Source: Trypethelium eluteriae (taxonomy: Eukaryota). From it: DNA of 64,000 bases. The stretch covers positions 1 through 64,000 of the forward strand of contig JAVECL010000008.1 in NCBI GenBank assembly GCA_051942245.1. The letters are read 5' to 3'. Numbering within the stretch: the first letter of the stretch is position 1; each line of letters starts with the position of its first letter. Below, piece by piece: positions 1-12,245 of this stretch. The translations under genes and the position numbers were made by a program. The notes under the pieces are model-generated. The model was not told the DNA's origin. It saw nothing but the letters and a program-made list of their open reading frames with translations, and ran no database searches.

Positions 1-1378
1 GCATTCAATAGTACATTACATCTAGTTATCGCAATTTTTAATAGAGTGGTGGTGGAGTAATAATTAATTGAAAGGGTGGAGATTGGAAGGTGGTGCGCCT
101 GCAGGAGGTGGTGGCCTGCAGGAGGTGGGAACCATGGATAACGAATGCCCCACAATTTCTCCTTACTACCCATGAGTGTCGAAAGATTGAAGTCGGAAAT
201 CCAATGGTCACCAGTGCTGCGACAAGGACAACATCACCTGGTTTCTTTGCCTTCAAAGATTTGACTATATCTTGATTCCAATCAATCCGACAATGTCTTG
301 CCTGTTCGCAAAGATCATTGTCATTACCTCGACACCGCGATAGCCTAGATCGACTAATTCCATGGGGTCCGACCCGAGACTGACGCAATGAAATCTGCAA
401 GCTCGAGTATTGGGTCATTCCCAAAACCCATCTACCATCTGTCTTTTCATTCTGTTTGAGTGTATTGTTCGTCTCGGGAGCGTTTGTGTTGATGCCAACG
501 AGCAGTAGCTAGAGCACTAGTTCGAGAAAGTGCAAGTCCACAGTAATGTTTCATGATCTCCGCAACCTCCATTCTTGTCCATTTACTTTTACGTCAATCA
601 TTCGGTCTACCAAAACATTTCCGGCATTGGCTCTTACTGGCTGTCGTTCATACATAAAGAGACAACTTGAACCAACATTTCTTACCACCGCCTAGTTTTA
701 AACTCTTTGACGTGAGCATCCAGCATCAGCCTCAGGTCTATATTGATCAATACAGTGCGTCATCACCCGTAAGTTCCCCATCCAAAAGAATTTAAGGCAG
801 GCCGAACGTGCAAATCAGCGGATTATATGAAGCGGAATCAAAGCTTCAGGCAATGAGTTTTTGAAGCTGCAAATTCCGCGTGGGCGCGAAACAATACCGA
901 GATCTGACACTCGCGCCAATCATGGCCACGCCCTGCGGATATGCAGTGGCTTACGTTCTCCAATCGGTCGAATTACGGCGAATCTTGTCATTGGTCGAAC
1001 ATGCAACGCTAAGCAGTACCATGGCAGCTCTGCAGGATATCCCAAATATTTCACCATCTAGACTCGTCAAGTTATGGTGTACCTACCTATCTAGGTAACT
1101 ACTTAATACCCTTTGCGGAATGGCAACCAGATTTTACATTGATGACACAGCAGCCTATTTATGTTTTTTGCTGTTTTAGCGACCAATCCTTCGACTAACT
1201 GTAACTTTGTGACGTAATTGCATACTCAGACGTCTGTGTATCTTCATATTTCGTATTCTATAGGACCTCCCGACTCTATAAATTAGGACACCCAACCACC
1301 AACCAAGACGACAATTTGCGGCCGACAGATTGTTTCCCCTCTCCCATCCTAGGTTTTAGCACAATCATTCCAGCCAAC

Positions 1379-2275
1379 ATGACCACCTATCACAACCTCA
1401 CCGTCGCCGACGGGGTGAACGTCTTCTACCGCGAAGCCGGCTCGACCTCCAAGCCCACCCTCCTCCTCTTGCATGGCTTCCCAGCTTCCTCATTCCAGTA
1501 CCGCAACCTCATTCCCCTCCTCTCAGACTCCTACCACATCATCGCCCCCGACATGCCCAGCTTCGGCTTCACCACCACACCATCCAACTACACCTACACC
1601 TTCTCCGCCCTCACCAGCACCATCTCCGCCTTCCTCCTCGCCCTCAACCTCACCACCTTCTCGCTCTACATCTTCGACTACGGCGCCCCTGTCGGCCTAC
1701 GCCTCGCCCTGCAACCCGACTTCACCATCACCGCGCTAATCACGCAAAACGGTAACGCCTACCTCGACGGCTTCGGCCACCCCTTCTGGGACCCCATCAT
1801 GGCCTACTGGCGCTCCCACTCCGCAGCCGACCGCTCCTTCATACGCGATAACGTCCTCACCCTCGATGGCTTCGCGTCGCAGTACACCACCGGCGTGCCA
1901 GCCTCCCATCTCGACCGCCTCGACCCCGCCGCCTGGACCCTGGACTACGCGCAGAGCGTGGCGCGGCCTGGCACCGCGGACGCGCAGCTGGACCTGCTGT
2001 ATGACTACCAAACGAACGTCGAGCTGTACCCCCGCTTTCAGGCGTGGTTGAGGGAGCGCCAGCCGCCGCTGCTGGTGGCGTGGGGCAAGAATGATCCGGC
2101 GTTTGTGCCGCCGGGCGCGGAGGCGTTTCGGCGCGATGTACCGGGGGCGGAGGTGACGTTTTTGGATACGGGCCATTTTGCGGTGGAGACGGATTGGGTG
2201 GAGTTGGCGGGGTTGATGAGGAGGTTTTTGGGGAGGGTGGTTGGTGGGAAGAAGGACGGAGAGGCTGGTGCGTAG
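1379..2275 (+). CDS. Alpha/beta-fold hydrolase (epoxide hydrolase/haloalkane dehalogenase-like), intronless
   Basis: ATG at 1379 in ORF 1316-2275. Motifs LLLLHGFP, IAPDMPSFG, nucleophile FDYGAP, WGKND and C-terminal GHF. Confidence 0.9.
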   Translation: MTTYHNLTVADGVNVFYREAGSTSKPTLLLLHGFPASSFQYRNLIPLLSDSYHIIAPDMPSFGFTTTPSNYTYTFSALTSTISAFLLALNLTTFSLYIFDYGAPVGLRLALQPDFTITALITQNGNAYLDGFGHPFWDPIMAYWRSHSAADRSFIRDNVLTLDGFASQYTTGVPASHLDRLDPAAWTLDYAQSVARPGTADAQLDLLYDYQTNVELYPRFQAWLRERQPPLLVAWGKNDPAFVPPGAEAFRRDVPGAEVTFLDTGHFAVETDWVELAGLMRRFLGRVVGGKKDGEAGA

Positions 2276-2486
2276 TATGAGGAGGGGTCGTTTGTGGCGG
2301 GGAATGATGGGGAGGGTTGTCGAATGGTAGAGGTGAGAGGGCGGTCACCCTTTTAGTATTGCTGGAAAAATAACTAAGCTTTTCTCCCTTGGTGCACTCT
2401 CAGTGTCTTAGGTTACTTACCTCGGAACAATTCCATTGCTCGTTGTCCAGAAATATTCCTGCCTGAGCCCATTGTGCGCAGTGTCT

Positions 2487-3839
2487 TTACACAGCCTCAT
2501 TCGGGTGCGCCTCCACTCTGCCTGACGCTGGTGGAAACAAGTCTTCATACCTCCTCTTCGCTTCGGTACTCCTTGTATCTGCTGCCTGACTCTCGACCCA
2601 AAAGTCCATTCGATACCCAATTCCACGTAACTCCGTCTCCGAATCTTCCCCCGACTCGCGGACAGAATGATTCGTCCCCTTATTCGACCCCTTATTCGAC
2701 CTCGACGTCGCTTGATAGCCACGATAATCATGCTTACTTCCAACGCGATGTGATCCACGTTTGGAGGCTCGGCGCGAGATCCAAGCCCATCGGAGATTGT
2801 GGAAGAACGTGCCGGTGTAGAGCGTGGGGAGGCAAATGGCGATGAGGGCGACGCCGACCTCAACCATGGCAAGCATCATGACAATGGAGGCCACACTAAT
2901 AGCATCAGTGTCGGCTACGCCAAGAGTCATGCCGCTTCCTGGGTGGACGCGAGTATAGGCGAGGGAACTAGCCCCGACAAGATGGAGAACACTAAAGGCG
3001 ATGGAGCTGGGTTGAATTAGGGAATCCGTTCTTCGAGGAGTACGATAGGGGGTTATGGGACATGAAATTGCTATTTGAATGGGGGATTAGAGACTCACAT
3101 TGCGCCGGTCAAAAAGACACCAATGACCCCAATCTTACGCTCTCTGGACATTTGAAGTCGCCATACCATGACGGCCGGTACGGAGAAGATGAAGACGTCT
3201 AGGATGAAGTCGACAGCGGCTCCCCCAGTCACTTGGGAGAAAACATCCAAACAACTGGTCTCAACGTTCTCAAGCGTGGCCCAGAAATACTCGAAGTGGG
3301 TACCGCAGCTGAAAATGAAAAGGAGACCAAAGACCAACATCCAAAGGAGGACGAGCGTGATGAGTGTCCAAGTCACAATGTTGAAGATGGGTCCACGGAA
3401 GATTCTCCGGTAGAAGAAGAGGGCTGAAAGTTTGGCGAAGCCCAGAGCAAAGTACGTGAGGAATGTGAATATTACAGTGGATTTGTGCACAATTGATAAC
3501 TGCGCGCTGTAGGCATTTTTAAATGCATTGATATTCTCTTGCGGAGGAGAATGCTGGCCGACTGCATGTTTGGAAACCCCTAATGCGGTTCTATGAGCAT
3601 GAGTACAGCAATTATTATTGCGTCGGTGGGTTGAAACGAGTACACTTACCCCAGTAAACAACTGCAGCACATCCCCACGTGCAGACCAGAGCCGGTAGAC
3701 AGAGCCAGTCATCTGTACCAAGTCCTGTCTTCCTTGTTATCCGCAACCAGAACCGCAACGCGATTATGAAGCTCCCCAACAGCGGTAGCAGAATGCTGAC
3801 TGCAAGCTGTGCAGGTGGTTCCGCGTTGAACGCCGGCAT
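2487..3839 (-). CDS. Pth11-like (fungal rhodopsin-domain) integral membrane protein, no CFEM domain; 3 exons
   Basis: Exons approx. 3839-3650, 3579-3099 and 3006-2487, with GTAAGT/GTGAGT donors. Motifs LRFWLR..G.DDWL, AKLSALFFYRRIF, D.ILDVFI..P..VWRLQMS..RK and E..VA.I..CLPTL. The 3' end is uncertain. Confidence 0.8.
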
Positions 3840-5001
3840 CGTGGTAATGGAAGATGAAAGGCTGGCAGGTGAGGAGACACAGGCCAGAGGTTTCCGAGAC
3901 GATGCCAATATCCTATACGGAATGGAGCTTGGCCGGGGCTCTCAATGAGCTTTTCCACAGCACTTCAATCAATAATTCGTAATTGACTGAGCTGTATCAT
4001 CTCGGATAGCGAGGAAATACAGGAATTGCCACGACAATCCTCCGAATGAAGATGTGTACAGAAGAGACAAGGAAGATGATGTGAGAGATGTAGAATGCAC
4101 TGGCCGGCAAGTGCGTCCACTCGAATACCATTCATGTGCATAGCTGAAGTTGGTATCATTGCTTTTTGCACATGATGTAAGTGCCTACCTACCTAGTCAG
4201 GATGAGTGAGACGGTGGAGCCATCTTAGTATAGCAATCCTTCACCGGTCAGGTGATTTATTTAGTCTGGACACTGTGCGGAGTACATACTTCAGCGTTCT
4301 GATTCGAAGCTCAAGCATCTTGCCCCTCTGCTTAGTGAAAGAAAACTCAATTTGACGATTTCTCAGAATGATATCTGGGTCAGACTCGAACTCTGCAAGC
4401 TGTGAAATTGCAAAGACTTTTGCCGGTTGACGAGTTGTGGGTCCGAGTGAAGAGCTAAGGAATATTACTAGGTATCTAAGTTACGGGCGCCGGGCATTGA
4501 CGTGTGTTGTTGTGGCAAAGCTGACGGGAGACAATCTCGTTCTCGTTCATGCAAGTCGGTGATACCAAGGCACACTAAGACTAAAACGGGCTGTACTGCG
4601 GTCAGTGCGCTATCTAGCCCCACATGCCCCACCATGCATTAAATGCACAAGGTTTAGTACTTTGTCACCGCCGTGCTCACTACATGTACATATACCTTTC
4701 TGATTGCCTTTCGTCTCTGGACGTAATACACAAATCTGCAGGCCCGACTTGACAGTAGGCTAGTAATTGTCTTGAAACCTAATTTCCTTTTGATCATTTT
4801 AGACTGTCTAATCGAATTTTCAAAGAAAGCTCGATTAAAATGGTGCCCCTGTGGAAAGCCCAGCTCATTAACAAGTCTTTCGAGAATACTGAAAACTATC
4901 AGGTCTACTGAACTCAGGTATCGAGATTGGCCTGGGATGTAAGTATCTGCATTTACTGTAGAACCACATTTCAACTGAAGAACTCGGGCTACCACATATT
5001 A

Positions 5002-5080
5002 CAGTACTAGGACAAAAGTACCCATGCAACCCTGAGCAATTTTCCCGCACCAGCGAGCGGACATTTTTTTCGTATGACTG
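5002..5080. mobile_element. 79-bp Tc1/mariner-type MITE, copy A
   Basis: TA|CAGT...ACTG|TA ends with imperfect TIRs. Similar to copies at 32361, 57592 and 60795. Confidence 0.75.
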
Positions 5081-5971
5081 TAGATGCAGGCCAAGCATGA
5101 GCTCTAGAAGCAGACAATGTGAAGGTATCACAAAAGACACATATGTACGATAGCTGGTACGGAGCAAATTTATCAAGAGATTAGGCTCATCTGGGAATTG
5201 GGTGGAGATACGAGCAAATTGCGAAATAATGTTAGCTCGAGAAGCAACGACCTCTTAATACTGTCTTTCATTCATGCTATCAAACATATCTCATGGAATC
5301 TTATAGTTAGCGAAATAAGTGCTGTTATGCTCTGATTCACAAGGGACCCATCAATTCAGATCGATGTAGACTATACCATATTTGGCACACATTAGCGATT
5401 CGCTAATATCGCCAAATAATAGTCAGCCTTTGAGGTCCAGACCTATATCCCCATTTTCATTCCAAAGCTGCTAACGCATTGCCTTGGCTTCATACGTAGA
5501 CCTCAATTCAATGGCAGTACTAAGCCCACTCTTTCATTGAGTATAGCTCACCCGATCCTTCCCAGTGGGGTGTACTTTCAGGAGATGGAGCCGCACATCA
5601 ACATCAGGTCAGCACGGTACATCACTCGAGGATCTAGTAAAAATGTAGCCGGATCCATTGGTGAATGTTTCATAGGTCTGAGGTCTAGGCCTTACGTTCT
5701 CAAGGAAAGGCGAAAGTCAGTCTACCAAATCAGACTCGGAAAGCCCTGATGTTATACATTGCCTTTCTGCGGGAGGGCGAAACTTTAATAGTAAATGCAA
5801 TTCGGATATAAAAATAATCAATTTTCAATTTGAACTTGGGTTGTAATGAATATTAGAATGAATAACAAGTCGCTGGACAAAGAATGACTTTCTTGCACTG
5901 TAATCATACAACATAGAAGGACAAAATTGAGCAATCAAGGATCTTTGTTCACTATCTTCCAGCACACCCTT

Positions 5972-6400
5972 TCAAGCCCCAACGAAACTCGAGACTGCGG
6001 AATAGTAGCTGGCAGCTTGGCAGACATCAGCATGGAATGCACCATCCGCGAGCTTGTTAGCTGGGTTGAGGAGATCGAGCGAAAGCGATTGCAGTCTGCT
6101 CGTCGAGGATTGAAGCGCCTGAATCGCGGCACTCTGGGTCGTCGGCTTGCCGGGAGTGAACGGTGAGCATGGCTGAGGACCTTGGAGCTCATTTGTGAGG
6201 ACGCCGAACTGCTGTGCGCCAGCGGCGTAGTCGGTCTTGAGGGCTGGATTCGACTGGACGATATCGTTGATGACGTTGAGGATCGCAATCTCGAGAGTCT
6301 GGATTTGCTTCTGAAGACCGTCATCAGGAGCATTTACGGGCGTCGGAGTTGCAAATGCGGAGCCAGCAAGGGCAAGAGCTGCAATGAGAGAGAAGCGCAT
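5972..6400 (-). CDS. Small secreted protein (142 aa, 2 Cys), effector-like
   Basis: Signal-peptide-like MRFSLIAALALAGSAFA, intronless ORF, upstream TATAAAA on the minus strand at ~6535-6541. Confidence 0.8.
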   Translation of the reverse strand: MRFSLIAALALAGSAFATPTPVNAPDDGLQKQIQTLEIAILNVINDIVQSNPALKTDYAAGAQQFGVLTNELQGPQPCSPFTPGKPTTQSAAIQALQSSTSRLQSLSLDLLNPANKLADGAFHADVCQAASYYSAVSSFVGA

Positions 6401-7727
6401 ATTGTATCTGTGGTGAGTGGTTGAACGTTGAAGTATGAGAGGTAGAAGATAGTTATTAGAGGATTATCAGTGAGTAGGTTTGATTGGTCTTGTTCGTGAT
6501 GGTGAAGACGAAAATTGGCAGGGCTTCACTGCCTTTTTATAATCTGAGAACAGGGCTTTGGAGGATCTGACTTACCTCGCGAAGAGGTGTGATTCGATCA
6601 GACAATAGGTCGCAGTGGCTGACCTGTCGAAGACTTATTATTTCGCTCGTAATGACTTCGCCTGAGTTGCAGTGAGAAGCTCGTAACGCCATCCTGGCAC
6701 CGTGTAGACTTTTGAGAGGTTGATCGTCTACACAGTGCTGCGCCCGAGCACGTAAGAGATCGTTTATTAGGTAATGAGTATGACTCGGAAAAGGTAGGGC
6801 TTGATCATTATACCATCGTGACAAAGAGTTGAGCGTACACGCCGTCTGCAGTTTTCGTCGCCATGGACCGTAAACACTACTATGAATAGCCTAGCGAGAT
6901 CGAGGGCGCGTCTCTTGGCGCTTGGCAGTAGCAGTCTTGCGATCGAGTGTACCACCTTGGTCGCGCTGGGCGGCTTGTGGCGGCTGTAAAGCTCTTCGAG
7001 GGGTTGAATCTGTAGGCGCAGGCGCAGTTAAGTACCATCGTGGCTGAGCAATCACGCGAATAGGGCGCGGAATACCTGAGCATCTCGGACATGCGACTGT
7101 AGTATCGTAGCAGCAAGCTGGAACGAAGTCACTAGGCGTCTGAGTCATCCACCTATTGGACAATGCCTGACCAATCGTCACAGCCACTTGCAGCGCTCCA
7201 GCTTGCACAATTGTGCGGCTGCATGTGGCTTCACGCACCGGCCGCCACCATACACATAATCGCCCTGAACGTATATAGATGGGGTAGCGGGGGTAGGTAC
7301 TAGCTGAAGCTCGTACTATCTACCTGCTGGATGTTGCGATTATCTTAGAGTATCCGATATTTTCTGAAAGAAAAAGATACCTGATGTGGCCATGTGGCCC
7401 GTGCTGAGAACTGCCCTCTTAGCCTTTGCCGCAAACCTACCTAGAGATTACTAGGTACACACTCATCTCTAGAGCTTACAGACACCTCTCATTCTGCTTC
7501 TGTGCACACTTGCCTGCGCCAACGAGCCTGATTTTTGTGCTTGTCTCTATGAGATCCTGCTAGAACCACAAATTTTTAATGTAGCGCTTAGAAAGCAGCT
7601 GAAGTATGTGGACCATGTCTGTCCCAACGGTGTTAGATCACGCTAGACAGCTCTAACAGTGAACTGAGAATTGCAATGTACATATAATCATACCTTAGAA
7701 GACGTCACTGGTTCCTCAAAAGCGACA

Positions 7728-8455
7728 TTAGAAGCCGTCTCCATCCCCGTCCGCCTCAAACACCATCTGACCACACATGCTAACCCCTGGCCCCGTCAAC
7801 GCCGGCAAATTCTGCAGTGTCTGCGACCCAGCAGCGGGATCCGCAACCACAAATACTTTGGGGTAACACCCGTGGTACAAACAGACCACCGTTCCATACG
7901 CACCCCCGTTCGTACTGGCCACCATCAAGAAATCCTGCCCACCGGCAGGGTCCTGCGCCGTCACTAAGCTCAACACCACGGCTGTCTTGGCATCGCCGTA
8001 GGATCGTGAAGTCTCAATCTCGATACATTGTATGCTGAGAACTCGTCCAAGTACCCGTGAAGAGTTCGTCCATTCGCGTCGCCGAGTACGGAAGTGTTGT
8101 ACGCGGCGAAGAGGGCAGTGACGTCGTTGGTATCGACACTAGAGTCGGTGTCGGAGGCATCTGTGGGGTCGGCTGAGGAGTCGCTTGTATCGTTTGAAGG
8201 GACGGCATAGATGTTGCCGTTCTCGGCCCAGTGGAGCGAGAAGGAAAAGTCCAACGAGGTGATCACGGTGTAGTCGAGCTCGGCGTCGGAGTTGTCTGTA
8301 TCAGGAGTAGAAGAGGATAAAGAGGCATCTGTGGTGTTTTCGGTCGTGTCGGTGGGATCTGATCTGGCAATGGCATTTGAGACATGAGATGACGCGGTAA
8401 AGACTCGAGGAGGCGCTTGACTCTCGGGTGCCCACGTACTTTGGTAATCACTTAG
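7728..8455 (-). pseudogene. 5'-truncated, frameshifted remnant of a fungal Asp/Ser/Thr-rich (probably secreted) protein
   Basis: Protein-like frame (...AENGNIYAV...GDANGRTLHGYLDEFSAYNVSRLRL...MP) lacks an upstream ATG. It shifts frame near 7985 into ...LSLVTAQ...KVFVVADP. Confidence 0.55.
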
Positions 8456-8739
8456 TCACAGCACGTGGCAGCCTAACTCTAGGTAGCTTTGCGCTTCATG
8501 GTGCGCATAAAAGATACTTGCATCACCGGCGTTCCAAAAACACTGCTGAGCGAGTTCTCTTGCTTTTACATCATTGTCGACAACCTGCCTCGGGGTCTGA
8601 AGATATCCGCGATTCTTGAGGATTCTCGCCAATACATCAATCGACTCAACTGCTCCGCCTCATCGTCTGGTACTTGAGAATTCTGTGTGAATGAAGACTA
8701 GCTTTTGCGGCATAACATAAGTATCAGTGAGAGCATCGA

Positions 8740-9100
8740 ATGTCTTTTGTACATGATCCTGATTGTTGCACGTTAATTTGTTCCACGTCACTAACATTCC
8801 CTTCAGGTAGCACCACGAGACCCTCAAAAAGTGAGTTTCTGAGACAATGTTCCTTCCGAGTTGTGTTCGTCTTGGAGACTGATTCATGTGGATCAGTACG
8901 TACAAGCCTTCAGCAAGGGCGAAGTAGTAACCATGAACATAAAGGAGGATGGAAAACACATGCTGATGGAATTCATCGTAGCGGATGTCCGGCAGACCGA
9001 GGGAGGCCGCTGGGAGTATCAACTGAAATCTAAAGGGGATCCATCGAGTGCCTATGATGGTGGCAAATGGTTTTCAGAGTCCAATCTAAGGTGGATTTGA
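8740..9100 (+). CDS. 78-aa micro-protein with a predicted SH3/Tudor-like beta-barrel pattern; 3 exons
   Basis: Exons 8740-8748, 8807-8830 and 8897-9100. Introns GTACAT..CTAAC..CAG and GTGAGT..CTGAT..CAG are both phase 0. Product MSFVAPRDPQKYVQAFSKGEVV...WEYQL...WFSESNLRWI. Confidence 0.65.
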
Positions 9101-9677
9101 CCCGCAAGGCTGAGGCTCCAGCATCATTAATTAGCGCTGGAGTCACTTCTGCCTCGTGCGGCTGAGCGGGGTTGAGAGATAGAGCATTGAATACCCACTT
9201 CAACTTTGTCCGCTCCTGTGTCTTTTTGTACTTTTGTTGGTATCGACTACGATTAACGCCATATTTTCGGGAAACATGACTAGCACTGCCCCCCGGGATC
9301 AACCAATGCACTTCGTTGTAAACATAGCGGAAAACGCCAGCCCAGCCACAAATGCGTCCGCGAAGCGTAAGTCTATCACCAGCAGCCCGATGTATTGGAT
9401 TGAAATCTCTAAATCTACTGTTAGGCAAATGCACAACGAAACGCTTTCGCCGAAAGCCCAGTAATCAGCAGACTGAATGGCAGGAAGAAGCCCGTCGTAA
9501 ATACATGAAAGAGAGCCGGACCAGGATACGTAAGCCCCCCGGTTTATCCTATGCCCGAAATATTCGGACAGCAATATTTCTCATTGGCGAGGAGCTCAAA
9601 CCCCGAGATTCAAATGTGAAAGCCTCGCTTCCTGTCGCATAGAGCGGTCGCAAGGAATAAAGAATCCTACAGGGATT

Positions 9678-10690
9678 ATGGTCATGCTAACGTCCATTCA
9701 AGTAGATGAGTGGGTTGGGTACCCTCATCTTGCAACCTTCCAGAGTAGCACGCCGAAATTCTCCTTGTATCGAGGTTTCAGTTACCTTCATGGACGGATG
9801 CTACTGGAACTTCAAGACGAAGTAGCAGTGCTTGAAAGAGAGTTGGATCAATTTGACCGCGGGGACAAGGAGGGTACATCCAGCCAACAACTGAGCCTGC
9901 GCTCCCGTGCATATGACATGCGCGAGTCCAAAAATCTATCGAAAGGTACAAGGACAAGACGAGATATCCTGAAAGAGATTCGGACTAAATTGGTAGAATA
10001 TGGTACGTCAGCTTTGGTTTCGTGGCTATTTGCCTAAAATTTGGCATAGATGATTTGCTGATTAAGGCTCGCGAAATCGCTGCGTTTCGGAAGCCATCGG
10101 GTGAAGATTATAAGAGCGTGAAGCAGTGGTTCTTCAATAACAAGCCTCTTACTGAAGCTGCTAGAGAGGATGAATTCATTACTTGGAAAGAGGACATTGT
10201 TTCACTCCACTAGGGAAAAGAATGGGCTACCTTTGACGGATTACTCATCACTTTGCTTCGCGGATTCGATGTGAGCTTCAACCAGGTACGTATTGTATCC
10301 GGCCCTGTAATCCCAAAAGCCAGGACTCATTGACTGTAGGGCCTTTTTCGGATTGCTGAATTACGAAAAAAAGCAGGAGGGGATCGTAGCGTCAACCTTT
10401 ACACCCCAGAACGAATTGAAGCGTTTGTTGATCTTCTTATTACTCCCGTGCTCTGCGGAATGCTGGTCCTTCCAATTGTTGCGATGTACAGTTTGAATAT
10501 TTCCGGGGCCAGGTCCGCGTACAGATCGGCAGTAGTAGTTCTCATTGTCTTCACTCTTATTTTTGCGGGATCGATGCCACTCTTCACCAAAGCTGGCCGG
10601 AACGAGATCTTTGCGGCAGCAGCGGCATACTGTGCAGTCCTAGTTGTGTTCATTAGTAACTTCAGCACTTCGCCGCATGCTGATTCGTAG
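9678..10690 (+). pseudogene. DUF6594-like membrane protein with one in-frame stop
   Basis: GYP.LA.F..S...F..YR.F.YL..R.LL.LQDE...LE.EL motif, introns 10003-10049 and 10286-10339, C-terminal hydrophobic helices. TAG at 10211-10213 interrupts SLH*GKEWATFD. The 5' end is uncertain. Confidence 0.7.
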
Positions 10691-10897
10691 GGCGATGTTA
10701 TGCCTTTCAAAAGCTCCGTAGCAGAATATCTTTCTCAAGGGGGTCTTGTGACGGATGAAATCCTGTAATTATTTCCAAAGAAAGCCGAGAATGAAGGATC
10801 TTTCGTATGCTGTGTGATAAGAAAGCTGTTTACTTTGCTAAAAGTAAAGAGGAAAATGATGCTTTTAGTGTACTTCTTTTTTGTTATAGTAATGCCT

Positions 10898-11179
10898 TTA
10901 ATAAGCTATATTTAGACTAACGATCTTTTTCTTACACTCATCTATGTCACACTTGTTGCGGTCCGGCGAAGTGCATCCTATCGCAGAAGTTTCGACTTCA
11001 ACTCTAAGCCCTGCAAATTTGTCCGTTGTCGGGCCATCAGCAACTTCGACCATGTTGATATCCTCTGGCGGAGGAGGAACCCTTTCCCAGTGCTTAAAGC
11101 CATGACTTTGAAAGGCTAGAGTAAATAATATGGATAGCAGTGTAGATACTCTCCTAAACGGGTACGAAAACACACGCAT
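10898..11179 (-). CDS. Possible small secreted Cys-containing protein (93-aa ORF)
   Basis: Hydrophobic N-terminal stretch LLSILFTLAFQSHG and three Cys near the C-terminus. No recognised family. Confidence 0.35.
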   Translation of the reverse strand: MRVFSYPFRRVSTLLSILFTLAFQSHGFKHWERVPPPPEDINMVEVADGPTTDKFAGLRVEVETSAIGCTSPDRNKCDIDECKKKIVSLNIAY

Positions 11180-12245
11180 GATTGTGGTGTATTAGATCGA
11201 CCAGCGACCAGCGAAGAGGAAAAGCACTCCGATAAAAAGGAGTAAAAGAGAGATAAGAATTTTTCAGACCGATATTGGTAAAGCAAACTGGAGAACTAGA
11301 CAGCGTCACTGCGCTAAGAGGCGTTCGACGGGAGATGACCATTTATTAAGGGGTGCCTTGATCAACATTGTGAACACAGCAATCGGATTGCGGTAGAGGC
11401 CACGCTGGAGCTCGTTTTACAATTTGAGTTCCATTCCATGAAATCCCACATCGTGTCGATTCTAAGCGAAGACTGTGCCGCTTCTCGACGCCACTTGTAA
11501 TGCCTCCCACATTCTAGTATGAGGATATTCAGCGGCGAAGACGAGCTTCTCTGTCAGATTTGCCACCTCTCCATGATAGATTTCTTCGGTAGAATGCATC
11601 GGCAAGAGACATTGCATTAATGAATAGCGCAACGGCAAAGACGACCTGGCACTGGAAATCAAGCCTAGAATACCTAGAATACCCGGCTACATGTGACTAC
11701 AAGGTGAAGATCATTGTCTCATAAACCGACCTGGGTTCAGGAAATAGAGAGGCGTCAAGAAGAAGACCAGATATCAGCACTCGATAGCATGGAGAATAAC
11801 CGCTGACGGAGGTGAGAATTTATCATGCAGTTTACCAGTGGAATGTAATTGATCCATTGACAGTCGGCCTAGCATCAGCCCACTTACCATCCGTCAATTT
11901 TTGCGTGAACGTAAGACCTTGGATTGGGAAGGTAATGATGCGGGACTGCGTTTTCCAAACAAATGAGAAGACACGGGATATTGCGGCAAGGCTTCGACGG
12001 CGCAACTATGTTGGCAGGAAGTGGCACATACCTAGGTACCTACCTACCTACTTAGGTAGATAGAGAATGAGCAAAGTATGACGTAAGACGGCCAGATTCA
12101 ATGATCGCTTGGCTACCTAGGCACCAACTTGTCAAAACCTGCATGTCGTTCATAGCTAGTAGCTGAAGCGCGCCAGTGCTGTGCCCCGTTCAAAGCATTG
12201 CACTCGAACGTAGGCTTCTCGTTTCATTTCTCCCTCTTCGAAAAG

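Noticed and set aside
1473..2348. Pro/Ser-rich overlapping and antisense ORFs in the hydrolase gene
   Set aside because: Shadow ORFs caused by extreme codon bias.
12028..12060. TACCTA/TAGGTA runs here and near 1081, 4182, 7436 and 17161
   Set aside because: Short low-complexity motif common in fungal intergenic DNA; no structure that supports a specific call.
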